A model generated the notes under the pieces. It saw only the letters and a list, made by a program, of their open reading frames with translations. It had not been told where the DNA came from and did not search any database. A DNA stretch of 64,000 nucleotides, taken from NCBI GenBank assembly GCA_044227505.1, contig JBGAWP010000007.1:11621-75620 (forward strand), given 5' to 3'. The translations under genes and the position numbers were made by a program. The stretch is from Chitinophagales bacterium. GTDB lineage: Bacteria > Bacteroidota > Bacteroidia > Chitinophagales > BACL12. Positions 40,424 through 52,882 of the stretch are shown here, piece by piece (the stretch's first letter is position 1; every line of letters starts with the position of its first letter).

Positions 40424-41158
40424 TCAAAGATTCAGTTTATGCAAATGCACCAACAACTTCGCGCGTTTGCGCACAGAAACCGGGATTTCACTCCCGTCCT
40501 TCATTAAAACACTGGTTCCATTTTTATTTTTATAAGTGGTAACATGATTTAAATTCACAATATAAGAATGGTGAATTCTTTCAAAACCGAAATTCTCAAG
40601 TTGGGCTTCCATTTCCTTAAGTGTTTTGGAAACCAGTATTTTTTTATTTCCATTGCAATTAATAAAACAATAATTTCCATAAGAGGAACAACTTACGATA
40701 TCCGAAATCTGAATTATATAGATGCCCTCTGAAGTTTGAATAGTGATCTTATGTTGTTGATCAAATAATTGTGCCGATTCAGGATCTGTTGATTTTTTGT
40801 TCTGATTATTGACAATTTTTGAGATTGCAACTTTCAAATCCGTAGCATCCACCGGTTTTAATAAATAATCAACTGCACTCACCTTGATGGCTTTTAACGC
40901 ATATTCGGAATATGCCGAAGTAATTATCACTTTTAATCCCGGTAATTCCGTTTTTTCCAAAATATCGAAACCAAATCCATCTGACAAACGAATGTCGAGG
41001 AACACAAGCTCCGGTTTTTCCTTTGCAAGAATCTCAACGCCGTCTGCAACACTTGTTGCTTCGCCGATCAGTTCAATATCCGGACAGTGTAATCCGATCT
41101 CATACTTTAAAGCGGAGCGCGCTTGTTGTTCATCATCAATAATGATCGTTCTTATCAT
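40424..41158 (-). CDS. LytTR-family response regulator
   Basis: Receiver domain (IIIDDE, FLDIRLSDG) plus a C-terminal LytTR DNA-binding domain. Confidence 0.9.
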   Translation of the reverse strand: MIRTIIIDDEQQARSALKYEIGLHCPDIELIGEATSVADGVEILAKEKPELVFLDIRLSDGFGFDILEKTELPGLKVIITSAYSEYALKAIKVSAVDYLLKPVDATDLKVAISKIVNNQNKKSTDPESAQLFDQQHKITIQTSEGIYIIQISDIVSCSSYGNYCFINCNGNKKILVSKTLKEMEAQLENFGFERIHHSYIVNLNHVTTYKNKNGTSVLMKDGSEIPVSVRKRAKLLVHLHKLNL

Positions 41159-43995
41159 AATATGTTAAAATAAGGTAAAGTGATTATTACTTTAGTGCCT
41201 GCGGGCTCATGTTTTTCATCATAAAGATCCTGCAGATCCAAGGTAAATTTTTCGGAATAATTTTTCAAATTTAAAGCGAGGATAAATTCATTTATTATTT
41301 CAATAGCTTTAGATTGATGTTCCTTTGTTGAGCTATTTAGTTTTGCCGCATTTCTGCCAATTCCATTGTCCGTAATACTGCAAATGAGCTGACCGTTTGA
41401 TTTTGCAAAATCCAATTGTATCAATCCTTGCGATTGCATAGGAACTATACCATGCACAATAGAATTTTCTAAAAATGGCTGCACCAACATGGGAGGAATT
41501 CCAGTTTTCGAAATATTGATACTTTCATCCATTGCTATCTTATAAACAAATTTATCAGGATAGCGCAACTGTGTAAGGTCGAGATATAGTTTTAAATATT
41601 CTATCTCTTTCTCCAACGAAACAACCTGATCGGTATTTTCCAAAATGCTTCGCAATAATTTGGAAAATTTGGAAATATATTCATTGGCCTTTACAGTATC
41701 ATTTTCCGCATAAAATCCTTTAATTGAATTTAAAGTATTAAATATGAAGTGCGGATTCATTTGTAAACGCATTGCCTTGTGTTCCAATTCTAATAATTTC
41801 CTTTCTGTTTCCATCGCCTCCTTTTCTGCAGCATAGTTAGCTTTAATAGTTTTTAATCGCAGTTTCCAAACAAAATAGATGGCTGCTGCAACAATTAAAG
41901 CTATAGCTACATAAAACCACCACATTTGCCAAAATGGAGTTCGAATAATGTAATTGATCGAAAGTGTTTCACTATATATTCCCGAGCGATTCACAGCTCG
42001 AACTTTAAAAACATAATTCCCGGGAGGAAGCGATTTATAGGTAATAATTCTTTCTCGGGTTCTTTGCCAATTTTCGTCATATCCTTCTAATACATATTCA
42101 TACGATAAATTCTTGTGGTCTCTGAAGGAAACACCGGTATAGGAGATCGTGATCTCATTTTGATTATAACTAAATGATTTGTCCTGATTTTGAAGTTCTG
42201 ATTGATTGGATACAATAAAATCCTGTAAAACGATCTTGGGTTTGGACTCATTTCTATATGTATTCTTTCTGGAAAATGAAATTAATCCGTTTTCCGTTCC
42301 TAAATATATTGTTCCGTTTATTTCCTCAATGGCAAATATGCGGTTTGAAAATGCTCCGGCAGATATATTTAAAATATTAACAATAGGTTTTTTATCCATG
42401 GTGATCGCTACCAATTCATTGCTTGCGCTTGCTAATATATGTTCCGAGCTCAATATTTTAATCGCATAACAATCGTTATAGGGCATTCCGTCGGCTGATG
42501 TAATCGTAAATTCAAGTTTGTCGTCGCGCACGACTAAAATTCCATTGGTATTTGTTGCTACATAGGTTCTCCCGGAGGCGGAATCATATTTAATATCTCT
42601 GATAAATGCTTTGAACAAGGGATCTATTTTTCCAAAATCGATCAATACATTATCACGGTAACAAAATAACCCATGTATCGTGCCGATCCAGGCTTCATTC
42701 GATTTTCCTGCAGTCAAAACATTACATCTTGATTTTATTAAAGTATATTTTTCCTGACCATAACGCGTTGCTATTGTGTAGGCTATCTCTTCATCAAAAT
42801 TATCCGCACTAAATTTTAATACATATTCCTGACCTAAAATCAGCGAATTTTTTCCAAACTGAAGCAGGTCGTTACCGTAAAAATCGTAATATTTCTTTTC
42901 GCCATTTTCAATTTTTAAAAGTCCGCTTTTTGATACTACCCATGTTTCATTTTCAAAATGACGGATGTTAACGATATCATGATTAATCTTTGACGGAAAT
43001 TGATAATTAGTAATTGTTCCTGTATTATCAATTATTGCGTAATCGTCATTCGTTAATCCGATCCATAGATTGTTGTTCTTATCTTTTTCCAGACAGGTAA
43101 TTATTTTTGAGGGTAGATTTGGTTCATTGTATTTTAATATATTTAGCGATTGCACCAGATGAACCCCATCTTCCAAAGTTGATATCCAAAGATTGTTTTC
43201 AAAATCTTTTTCAATACAAGTAACTGCCCAGTCGGGAAAATAATTTTTAAGGGTTGATGTATCGTTTGGATTCAGAATATAAAGCCCCTTTCTGGTCCCG
43301 ATAAATAAAGAGGAGTCAGAAAATAATTTCATGAAAATAATTTCAACACTTTTTTCGGGGAGTGTTATGAGTTTCTCAAATTGGTCAGTCCCCTTTTTAT
43401 AATATACATTTAAAAAAACCCCGATAACAATTTGATCCTTGTAAATAGACCCTCTTGGATTATAATGCCTGTTCAATAAACTTTCTTCTATGGTATATAC
43501 AGAATCATTTTGTACCCATAAAAAATTATAGATCATTTTATTGTAGGTGATCTCCACACTGTCTTCAGGTGTTATCTTACAAACTATTTCATTCTTAGAA
43601 GCGAAATACATATTTCCCTTCTCATCTTCAAATTCACCTATTACAATTTTTGTAAAGGGAATTTTTGCAAGCATTTTATTATTTTCCGGAGTATTTAATT
43701 TCCCGTTTTGATAATAGGATAATTTTCCATTTAGCGGAATGAACCATATCCGATGTTGTGAATCTTCATAAATGCGAAAAATTTCATTGTCAGGTAAACC
43801 ATTGGCAGTAGAAAAGTGCTCAAAATCATAACTGTCATATTGATACACCCCGGCATCCGTACTCAGCCAGATAAATCCCTCACTATCCTGCAATACATAA
43901 TAAACTGTTGATGACAAATACACATCATCAGGATTTATCCTCGTAGCCAATGGATCCTGAGCCTTTAATCCAAAACCCGCAAAACAAAATACCAA
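41155..43995 (-). CDS. Sensor histidine kinase with a periplasmic beta-propeller/Y_Y_Y-type region and a LytS/YehU-type kinase core
   Basis: NPHFIFNTLNSI H-box, a single TM before the kinase, and a 4-nt overlap with the regulator gene. Start is uncertain: TTG at 43995 or CTG at 44016. Confidence 0.85.
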   Translation of the reverse strand: MVFCFAGFGLKAQDPLATRINPDDVYLSSTVYYVLQDSEGFIWLSTDAGVYQYDSYDFEHFSTANGLPDNEIFRIYEDSQHRIWFIPLNGKLSYYQNGKLNTPENNKMLAKIPFTKIVIGEFEDEKGNMYFASKNEIVCKITPEDSVEITYNKMIYNFLWVQNDSVYTIEESLLNRHYNPRGSIYKDQIVIGVFLNVYYKKGTDQFEKLITLPEKSVEIIFMKLFSDSSLFIGTRKGLYILNPNDTSTLKNYFPDWAVTCIEKDFENNLWISTLEDGVHLVQSLNILKYNEPNLPSKIITCLEKDKNNNLWIGLTNDDYAIIDNTGTITNYQFPSKINHDIVNIRHFENETWVVSKSGLLKIENGEKKYYDFYGNDLLQFGKNSLILGQEYVLKFSADNFDEEIAYTIATRYGQEKYTLIKSRCNVLTAGKSNEAWIGTIHGLFCYRDNVLIDFGKIDPLFKAFIRDIKYDSASGRTYVATNTNGILVVRDDKLEFTITSADGMPYNDCYAIKILSSEHILASASNELVAITMDKKPIVNILNISAGAFSNRIFAIEEINGTIYLGTENGLISFSRKNTYRNESKPKIVLQDFIVSNQSELQNQDKSFSYNQNEITISYTGVSFRDHKNLSYEYVLEGYDENWQRTRERIITYKSLPPGNYVFKVRAVNRSGIYSETLSINYIIRTPFWQMWWFYVAIALIVAAAIYFVWKLRLKTIKANYAAEKEAMETERKLLELEHKAMRLQMNPHFIFNTLNSIKGFYAENDTVKANEYISKFSKLLRSILENTDQVVSLEKEIEYLKLYLDLTQLRYPDKFVYKIAMDESINISKTGIPPMLVQPFLENSIVHGIVPMQSQGLIQLDFAKSNGQLICSITDNGIGRNAAKLNSSTKEHQSKAIEIINEFILALNLKNYSEKFTLDLQDLYDEKHEPAGTKVIITLPYFNIL

Positions 43996-44429
43996 TATGG
44001 CAACTACCTTTTTCAGAAGTCTTTAATTTGGGTCGAATTTAGTGGTTTCTATGTTACTCTTGTATTTGTTGACAGCTAATAATTGCAATGGCTATGACAA
44101 CTGTATGTTTATTGGGGATAAGTGTTTAACCAAAGTTGAAATTTGAATTGCGGTGATGTTTGCCGGTAAGACGGCAAGAACGGTAAGAGGGCGGTAAGAA
44201 ATTTATTTGTTATACAAGGGGTTGGAAAAGAGTTTGTTGAGATAGGTTTTGGAGCATTAATATTAAACTTATTTTCAATTAGAGTTACAGTTATCCAAAG
44301 TTAAAATATTAGTTTTCTATTTAAAAGCATTTACCGTAATCACCCGCATCAATAGAAATAATTGACCGGAGGTCCCGGCTGTTAATTGGTACATCGGCAC
44401 ATCTTTTGGCTGTTCATCGGTACATTAAT

Positions 44430-45905
44430 TCAATATGCCCTCGCAAACAAAACCCGTTTATTACTGGTCTTCCCTGAATAAACACAAACTCCTACTTCCT
44501 CCTTCGCATCCAAAGGAATGCACCTAATCGTGGCTTTGGTTTCCGCTTTAATTTTTTCTTCCGTTTCTGCCGTGCCATCCCAATGCGCGGAAATAAAACC
44601 ACCCAATTCAATTTGTGTTTTAAATTCTTCCCAGGTATTTACTTCAAAATAATGCGATGTGCGAAAAGCTAATGCTTTATTATACATATTTTGCTGTATA
44701 TCCTCTAACAAATTCTGAATATATACTCCAACATTTTCATTGGAAATAGTGGTTTTTTCTTTTGTATCTCTTCGTGCAATTTCCAACGTGTTATTTTCCA
44801 CATCGCGCATACCCATTGCAATGCGCACCGGAACTCCTTTTAATTCATATTCTGCAAATTTCCATCCCGGTTTTGCATTATCGCTGTCGTCGAATTTTAC
44901 GGAAATATTTAATTTTTTTAATTCTGCAATTATGATATCCGCTTTTTCGCCGATCTGATTTAATTGTTCAACATTTTTAAAAATCGGAACAATTACAACA
45001 TGTAAAGGAGCAAGTCTTGGAGGAATAATTAAACCATCATCATCGCTATGCGCCATTATTAATGCTCCCATCATTCTGGTACTCACACCCCAGCTTGTTG
45101 CCCAGGCATATTCCAGTTTTCCTTCTTTACTTAAGAATTTTACATCAAAGGCCTTTGCAAAATTTTGTCCTAAAAAATGGCTAGTTCCGTTTTGTAATGC
45201 CTTTCCATCCTGCATCAATGCCTCCACACAATAAGTATCTTCTGCACCGGCAAATCTTTCACTTTCGGTTTTAATACCCATAATTACGGGAACGGCCATA
45301 TAATTCTCCATAAAATCGGCATATATATGAAGCATTTTCAAGGTTTCTTCCACTGCCTCCTCTTTGGTTGCGTGTGCGGTATGTCCTTCCTGCCAATGAA
45401 ATTCCGAAGTCCTTAAAAATAATCTGGTACGCATTTCCCAACGCATCACATTTGCCCATTGATTTATCAGAATTGGCAGGTCGCGGTAGCTTTGTATCCA
45501 GTTTTTATAGCAATTCCAGATAATTGTCTCACTGGTTGGACGAATAATTAACTCCTCTTCCAGCTTCGATTCCGGGTCTACTATCAGTTTTCCCTTGTTA
45601 TTTGGGTCTGTTTTTAGTCGGTAATGCGTTACTACGGCACATTCTTTGGCAAATCCCTCCGCATGACCTTCCTCTTTTTCAAGAAAACTTTTAGGTATCA
45701 AAAGCGGAAAACTGGCATTAACATGTCCTGTGTCCTTGAATTTTTTGTCCAGAATACTTTTCATATTCTCCCAAATGGCCCAACCGTGAGGTTTTATCAC
45801 CATACAGCCCCGAACTGCTGAATTCTCCGCTAACCCGCTCTGTATAACGAGATCGTTATACCATTCCGAATAGTTTATATCTCTTTTTGTAATCTTCTCC
45901 GCCAT
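44430..45905 (-). CDS. proS: Proline--tRNA ligase (archaeal/eukaryote-like type)
   Basis: Class II motifs, [11 protein letters not shown], and the C-terminal ...FARAY. Confidence 0.95.
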   Translation of the reverse strand: MAEKITKRDINYSEWYNDLVIQSGLAENSAVRGCMVIKPHGWAIWENMKSILDKKFKDTGHVNASFPLLIPKSFLEKEEGHAEGFAKECAVVTHYRLKTDPNNKGKLIVDPESKLEEELIIRPTSETIIWNCYKNWIQSYRDLPILINQWANVMRWEMRTRLFLRTSEFHWQEGHTAHATKEEAVEETLKMLHIYADFMENYMAVPVIMGIKTESERFAGAEDTYCVEALMQDGKALQNGTSHFLGQNFAKAFDVKFLSKEGKLEYAWATSWGVSTRMMGALIMAHSDDDGLIIPPRLAPLHVVIVPIFKNVEQLNQIGEKADIIIAELKKLNISVKFDDSDNAKPGWKFAEYELKGVPVRIAMGMRDVENNTLEIARRDTKEKTTISNENVGVYIQNLLEDIQQNMYNKALAFRTSHYFEVNTWEEFKTQIELGGFISAHWDGTAETEEKIKAETKATIRCIPLDAKEEVGVCVYSGKTSNKRVLFARAY

Positions 45906-45946
45906 ATATTAATTTTGGTATGATTTTGGAATAAAGTGCATTGTCG

Positions 45947-45954
45947 CAAAATTA
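45947..45954 (-). promoter_or_regulatory. -7 box TAATTTTG upstream of proS
   Basis: Exact TAnnTTTG match, with 41 nt between the motif and the ATG. Confidence 0.4.
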
Positions 45955-46002
45955 AGAATTGCACAATCAGCAAACAGATTAATAACAATTAAAATATCAG
46001 TT

Positions 46003-47568
46003 ATGAAATTGAGATACTTACCGATTATAGCCGCAATGGGATTTTTAGCATCATCATGCGCTACCCAAACAGCTTCACGAGGTTCTTCCACTGACGATAT
46101 TTACTTCAGCACAGAGGATGCACAGGCATCTACCATTACAACCGAAACTACAACCACCACCAATACTTCTGATACTTATACCACTTATCCAGGAAATTCC
46201 GAGAAAGTGGATTACAATCAGCCTTCCGGCTCTGATGCCGATTACAGAACAGGTTCGGAAGATCTTTCTTCTGAAACCTATTATGACGATGAAGGAAATA
46301 CATATGTAGTAAATAATTATTATGAAGATGATAATTATGGATATGACGACTACGACGATTATTATTACACAACCAACATTTACCGATACTATTATCCATA
46401 CAGCGGTTTCGGATACTATTCTCATTGTTATTCACCTTATTATTATAATCCATACGGTTGGAATATAAGTTTTGGATGGGGTTACGGTAGTTGTTATCCT
46501 TATGGATATTACAACCCATGGTCATGTCACAATTATGGATATTACGGATATTATGATCCTTGGTATTCTCCTTATTATGGATATGGTTATGGTTACGGCG
46601 GATATGGTAACGGTTATTACAACGGATATTACGATGGTTACTATAATGGCTATTATGACGGATATTATGGCAGCGGTTATGGCAACGACGGATATTATGG
46701 GTACAGCGATAACGGATATTATTATGGACCAAATACTTCAACAGGTTCCAATACAAATACAGGAAGCAGTTCTGTAGATATGATCGCAGCAGGATATGAT
46801 AAAACAGGAAATACTGATCTGAACCATATATTAACTGATAAAGGAACACTTGAAGTAAATAAAGGTGATGTAAACATCAACGCAGCTTCCTCAGATAATG
46901 GAACAACAATTGGTTCTCCGGAATTTACATCTATCAAAGGTGTTACCGCAAAAGATGAGGTTGCAGGATTAAATAATGATGCAGTTGCCATAAATAATGA
47001 AAAACCTATTACAACAGGACAAAATGCAACTAAAGAATCAGGTTCTGTAAAAGTGATAAAATATTATAGTGCAGCTGATGCTCCTGTAAAAAATACAATT
47101 TCAGAAAATGTTACTTCGCCTGTTGTGAAAACAGATCGCGGTATCATTCGCAGCAACGATAATAATTATTCTGTGAGTAAACCATCTGCCAACTATCAAC
47201 CAAAAGGTGGTGGACCAGTTAAACCTGCAGCTGATGCGCCTATACAAAAACAAAATTATCAGCAAAAACAAAATAACTCAAATAATCCACAGGTAAAACC
47301 ACAATATAATGGAATACCTGAAAATAAAAATACTTACGATCAGCCTTCAAGACCTGATAGTAATCCTTCAAAAAATTATGAACAGCCCGTAAAGAAAAAT
47401 ACTTACGAAGCACCAAAAACAAATTCAGGTTCTTCAGGTAAAAGCACTTATGGAAATAGCGGAAGTTCGCCAAAAAGCAGCGGAAGTTATTCAAGCGGAT
47501 CCTCAGGAAGCAGACCTTCCAGCAGTGGAAGCAGTTCATCTCCAAAAAAGAGAAGCGGAGGAAAATAA
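46003..47568 (+). CDS. Probable lipoprotein with an extreme Tyr/Gly/Asn/Asp low-complexity core and a Ser/Gly/Lys/Pro tail
   Basis: Signal peptide ending in a lipobox-like FLASSC. Residues ~92-242 read like YYGYGYGYGGYGNGYYNGYYDGYY. 29-nt spacer before the downstream barrel gene start. Confidence 0.6.
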   Translation: MKLRYLPIIAAMGFLASSCATQTASRGSSTDDIYFSTEDAQASTITTETTTTTNTSDTYTTYPGNSEKVDYNQPSGSDADYRTGSEDLSSETYYDDEGNTYVVNNYYEDDNYGYDDYDDYYYTTNIYRYYYPYSGFGYYSHCYSPYYYNPYGWNISFGWGYGSCYPYGYYNPWSCHNYGYYGYYDPWYSPYYGYGYGYGGYGNGYYNGYYDGYYNGYYDGYYGSGYGNDGYYGYSDNGYYYGPNTSTGSNTNTGSSSVDMIAAGYDKTGNTDLNHILTDKGTLEVNKGDVNINAASSDNGTTIGSPEFTSIKGVTAKDEVAGLNNDAVAINNEKPITTGQNATKESGSVKVIKYYSAADAPVKNTISENVTSPVVKTDRGIIRSNDNNYSVSKPSANYQPKGGGPVKPAADAPIQKQNYQQKQNNSNNPQVKPQYNGIPENKNTYDQPSRPDSNPSKNYEQPVKKNTYEAPKTNSGSSGKSTYGNSGSSPKSSGSYSSGSSGSRPSSSGSSSSPKKRSGGK

Positions 47569-47597
47569 TATCACAAATAATTAAATAATCAAGAGCC

Positions 47598-49106
47598 ATG
47601 ACAAAAATATTTACATTGGTTTTAGCTACTGCTTTGTCTGTATCAATGTATGCACAAAGCGATGCAGATGCACTTCGATATTCGATGCTCGATTTCGGGG
47701 GAACAGCAAGATCATTAGGTTCCGGTAATGCCTATGGAGCGATTGGTGGCGACATGAGTTCCATGAGTATGAATCCTGCAGGACTCGGTATTTACAGAAG
47801 TTCAGAATTTGTGATCACTCCGGGATTATTAAGTATCAATACTGAAAGTAATTACCTCGGACAGACAAGTACCGACAGCAGATATAATTTTTATATGAGC
47901 AATTTCGGATTTGTATTCAGTAAAATAAATCCGGGTAAAGAAACTGCAAGAGATGGATGGGTTGGTGGTTCATTTGGAATCGGATATAACAGACTTGCAA
48001 ATTTTAACAGTTCGACACTTTATTCTGGATACAATGAGGAAAGTTCTTTATTAAATACTTATGTGGATTATTTAAATGCAAATGGTGGAACTAATCCTTC
48101 GGATGCATTTGCAAGTGATCCCTTTGGTGCCGGATTAGCTTGGGAAACATATTTAATAAATCCATTGCCATCAGATTCAACACAATATTATGGCGTGATC
48201 ACTGATGGAAATGTTCAGCAAACAAAATCACTGATCACTAAAGGCGGACTTAACGAAGTTGCAATATCATTTGCAGGAAATTATGGCAACAGATTATATG
48301 TTGGAGGAACTATCGGAATTCCAAGTATTAGATATTCCAGTTCCAGTGTTTATACTGAAAATGATATCAATCAAATGCATAACGATTTTGAGGAATTTAC
48401 CTTGGCAGATTATTCTGAAACAAACGGAATTGGTATTAATGCAAAATTCGGTTTGATCTATAAGATCAGTGACTATTTCCGGGTAGGTGCATCGATTCAT
48501 TCGCCAAGCCTTTTCGGATTAAGTGATACTTATTATTCCTCCATGAGCAGTGGACTTGATACTTCAGGCAGCTATTCGTATGACTCACCAACAGGAGAAT
48601 TTGATTATGAATTAATTACCCCTTGGAGAGTTATAGGTAGTGCCGCCATTACATTAAAGAATATTGGGTTTATTAGCGCTGATTATGAATTTGTTGATTA
48701 CAGTGAAGCAGGATTTAATTTCAATCGCAGCTTAGATGCCGGTGATCTTTCGTACGAAAATACGGTAAATACAAATATTGATACCAAATACGGTGCGGTT
48801 TCAAATCTTCGATTAGGCGCCGAATTAATGTATGATGTATTTAGATTCAGAGGAGGATATATTATTAGTGGCTCACCTTTTAATGAAGGCATTGCTGCTA
48901 ATAATGCAGACTTTGCTAAAAATACCATAACTGCAGGAGTTGGAATAAAAGAAAAATCCTACTTTATAGATCTTGCATTTTCACATGCTACAACAACAGA
49001 ATACGACATACAATATATTTACGATAATGGTGCCGGAGTAAACGAAGGTGCAACCATAGATAAATCTTTAAATAATTTCCTTTTAAGTTTTGGTTTTAGG
49101 TTTTAA
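47598..49106 (+). CDS. FadL/OMPP1-like outer-membrane beta-barrel protein
   Basis: Signal peptide. N-terminal GGTARSLGSGNAYGAIGGDMSSMSMNPAGL resembles the FadL-family hatch region. C-terminal ...LSFGFRF. Confidence 0.65.
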   Translation: MTKIFTLVLATALSVSMYAQSDADALRYSMLDFGGTARSLGSGNAYGAIGGDMSSMSMNPAGLGIYRSSEFVITPGLLSINTESNYLGQTSTDSRYNFYMSNFGFVFSKINPGKETARDGWVGGSFGIGYNRLANFNSSTLYSGYNEESSLLNTYVDYLNANGGTNPSDAFASDPFGAGLAWETYLINPLPSDSTQYYGVITDGNVQQTKSLITKGGLNEVAISFAGNYGNRLYVGGTIGIPSIRYSSSSVYTENDINQMHNDFEEFTLADYSETNGIGINAKFGLIYKISDYFRVGASIHSPSLFGLSDTYYSSMSSGLDTSGSYSYDSPTGEFDYELITPWRVIGSAAITLKNIGFISADYEFVDYSEAGFNFNRSLDAGDLSYENTVNTNIDTKYGAVSNLRLGAELMYDVFRFRGGYIISGSPFNEGIAANNADFAKNTITAGVGIKEKSYFIDLAFSHATTTEYDIQYIYDNGAGVNEGATIDKSLNNFLLSFGFRF

Positions 49107-49195
49107 TGATTGTCAGTGAAGCAACGCCCTCCTGGTGGTTCGGGAGGGCTTTTTTTTGGCCCCCTACCCCATAGCGGAGTAAGTTTTCGTTAACA

Positions 49196-49745
49196 TTGAA
49201 AGTTGATTTCGGAGGAAAATTATTCGGGTTGTCGATCCGATTAATGTTTATTATTTGTTGATTGTTATTTGATATTCCTAAGGGTTCAATACGGAGGAAA
49301 TTCACCCGGGCTATCGAAAATCTTAATTTTTTTTATTTTTTGCTTATTATTTTTTATTCCCTTCCGCCTCGGGCCCCATCTCATATCTTCCCTAATTTTA
49401 CTCCGTAAGACCTACCAGGTTAAAAAAAATTTGGTAGGTCATGGTACAGGGCTGCGTTTCGTAAATCATCCATTCCTCTTCATCGTTATATTCGAAGGAA
49501 AATTTCCATAGGGTCGATTGTTTAATGTTCTTTATTCCTTGTTCTTTACCTGCCTGCCGCTGACGCTGTCGGCAGGCAGGTTCGATATTATTTTTTTGTT
49601 TTGGGTTAACAAGAGTTTACCTGGTTTGCAAATGTTTATAGGGTTGAGTTCCGATTAATGTTTTTTATTTTTTGATTGTTATTTATCATTTCTTTGGGTT
49701 TACAAAAGTTTCAGGGTTAGTTTCCGATAAACATTCTAATCTCCC
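49196..49745. repeat. About five degenerate copies of a ~45-80-nt unit containing TCCGATTAATGTTT..TTATTT
   Basis: For example 49232-49275 and 49651-49690. A related inverted copy is near 21360-21397. Confidence 0.6.
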
Positions 49746-49849
49746 ACATCAAACATTACTCTCCGATTCAAAATCCTCGTTTGGGCTAAAGCCCATTTTG
49801 GAGGGCGTGCTTTTTCCCCACCGGCTAAAGCCGGGGGTTATTGTTATTT

Positions 49850-50098
49850 GGATAAAGCCCTTTTATGTGGAGTGAGTTTTCCTACCGGCTGAAGTCGGGA
49901 GTTATTGTTATTTGGGTAATGCCCTTTATGTGATGTGAGTTTTCCTACCGGCTGAAGTCGGGGGTTATTGTTATTTGGATAAAGCCCTTTTATGTGGAGT
50001 GAGTTTTCCTATTGGCTGAAGTCGGGGGTTATTGTTATTTGGATAAAGCCCTTTTATGTGGAGTGAGTTTTCCTACCTGCTAAAGCCGGGGGTTATTA
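49850..50098. repeat. Tandem repeat, four copies of a 63/64-bp unit plus a degenerate copy at 49783-49849
   Basis: Unit: ggataaagcccttttatgtggagtgagttttcctaccggctgaagtcgggggttattgttattt. Copies begin at 49850, 49914, 49977 and 50041. Confidence 0.95.
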
Positions 50099-50282
50099 AA
50101 TTGTTTTAGGCGGTTTTTTGTTTTGCCAATCCATAAGATGGGGCCGTAAAATAACCATGAGGAAATCGACCTCATTTAATTTGATTTTCGTCCATGACAA
50201 CCCTCTCTTAATTTAAAACGCTCCAATAAAAATAAACTACGGCTGTTCATTCGTGGCAATTCTTTTTTAAATCCATTTTGTG

Positions 50283-50334
50283 CATAAAAAAAGCCACGAA
50301 TTCACGAATTTAAAAATTCATGGATTGGTGGCTT
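50283..50334 (-). terminator. Candidate terminator after gyrB
   Basis: aagccac / gtggctt stem with a structured loop, followed on the minus strand by TTTTTTTA. Confidence 0.45.
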
Positions 50335-50355
50335 AAATTTATTTTTAATGATTAA

Positions 50356-52329
<1,974 letters not shown>

Positions 52330-52383
52330 TCAGGTGTAATTTTGTCTTTTTTACTTGCGAAGTTGTGTTTTAAAAATGATTAC

Positions 52384-52391
52384 GCAAATAT
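52384..52391 (-). promoter_or_regulatory. -7 box TATATTTG upstream of gyrB
   Basis: Exact TAnnTTTG match, with 72 nt between the motif and the ATG. Confidence 0.4.
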
Positions 52392-52749
52392 ACGACCTAA
52401 ATACTGAAAAATGTAGTGTTTTTAAGTATTTCAGCGGATTATTTATGCACGAAAAACTAACAATTTTGGGAAGGAGTAATAGGGAATTGGGAATGGTGAA
52501 TCAAGAATGGAGAATTGAGAATGAAGAATGGTAAATTTAGAGTGGATATTTGCTTTATGCGATAGGCGTTAATCCGTGAAGTGTGGGCTTAAACCAACGT
52601 AAAATCGTGCAATTATTATCAGCCGGGAAGTTATCGGGATGGTTTTGATGGATTCAAACTCATACCTCATTACTCTTAACTCATTTCGATAACGCAATGG
52701 ATACTCCCGAAAATTCAGATTCATGGAAGTATCGGAGGAAAATATCCAA

Positions 52750-52863
52750 TCAATGTCCGGAACCGTTACCTCTTTTGCCTTTGATATATTCAATAACGAA
52801 TAGTCCTCCAACTGCGAGAACATAACAAACAACTACCAGGGCAACGAAAAATTGAGAGCTCAT
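52750..52863 (-). CDS. Candidate 37-aa single-TM small protein
   Basis: MSSQFFVALVVVCYVLAVGGLFVIEYIKGKRGNGSGH. The -7 box TAACTTTG (52883-52890) lies upstream with 19 nt between it and the ATG, the same spacing as for confident genes. Confidence 0.3.
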   Translation of the reverse strand: MSSQFFVALVVVCYVLAVGGLFVIEYIKGKRGNGSGH

Positions 52864-52882
52864 AGATTTATATTTATTGTTG

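Noticed and set aside
46075-46991. Track ORFs 46075..46425(-), 46118..46309(+), 46148..46849(-), 46472..46777(+) and 46722..46991(-)
   Set aside because: They all overlap the Tyr/Gly codon-repeat region. Their products are low-complexity strings (runs of I, H, N or R) without start context, so they are frame artefacts of the repeat.
49269-49875. ORFs 49269..49511 and 49672..49875
   Set aside because: Both are translations of dispersed or tandem repeat units in the gene-free spacer.
49783-50098. Possible CRISPR array, because of the regular ~64-bp periodicity
   Set aside because: The whole 63/64-bp unit is repeated head to tail with no unique spacers, and no cas genes are nearby. It is a tandem minisatellite.
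52569-52832. 87-aa ORF in the gyrB upstream spacer
   Set aside because: It has no promoter context and an odd composition, and it overlaps in another frame the better-supported 37-aa candidate.
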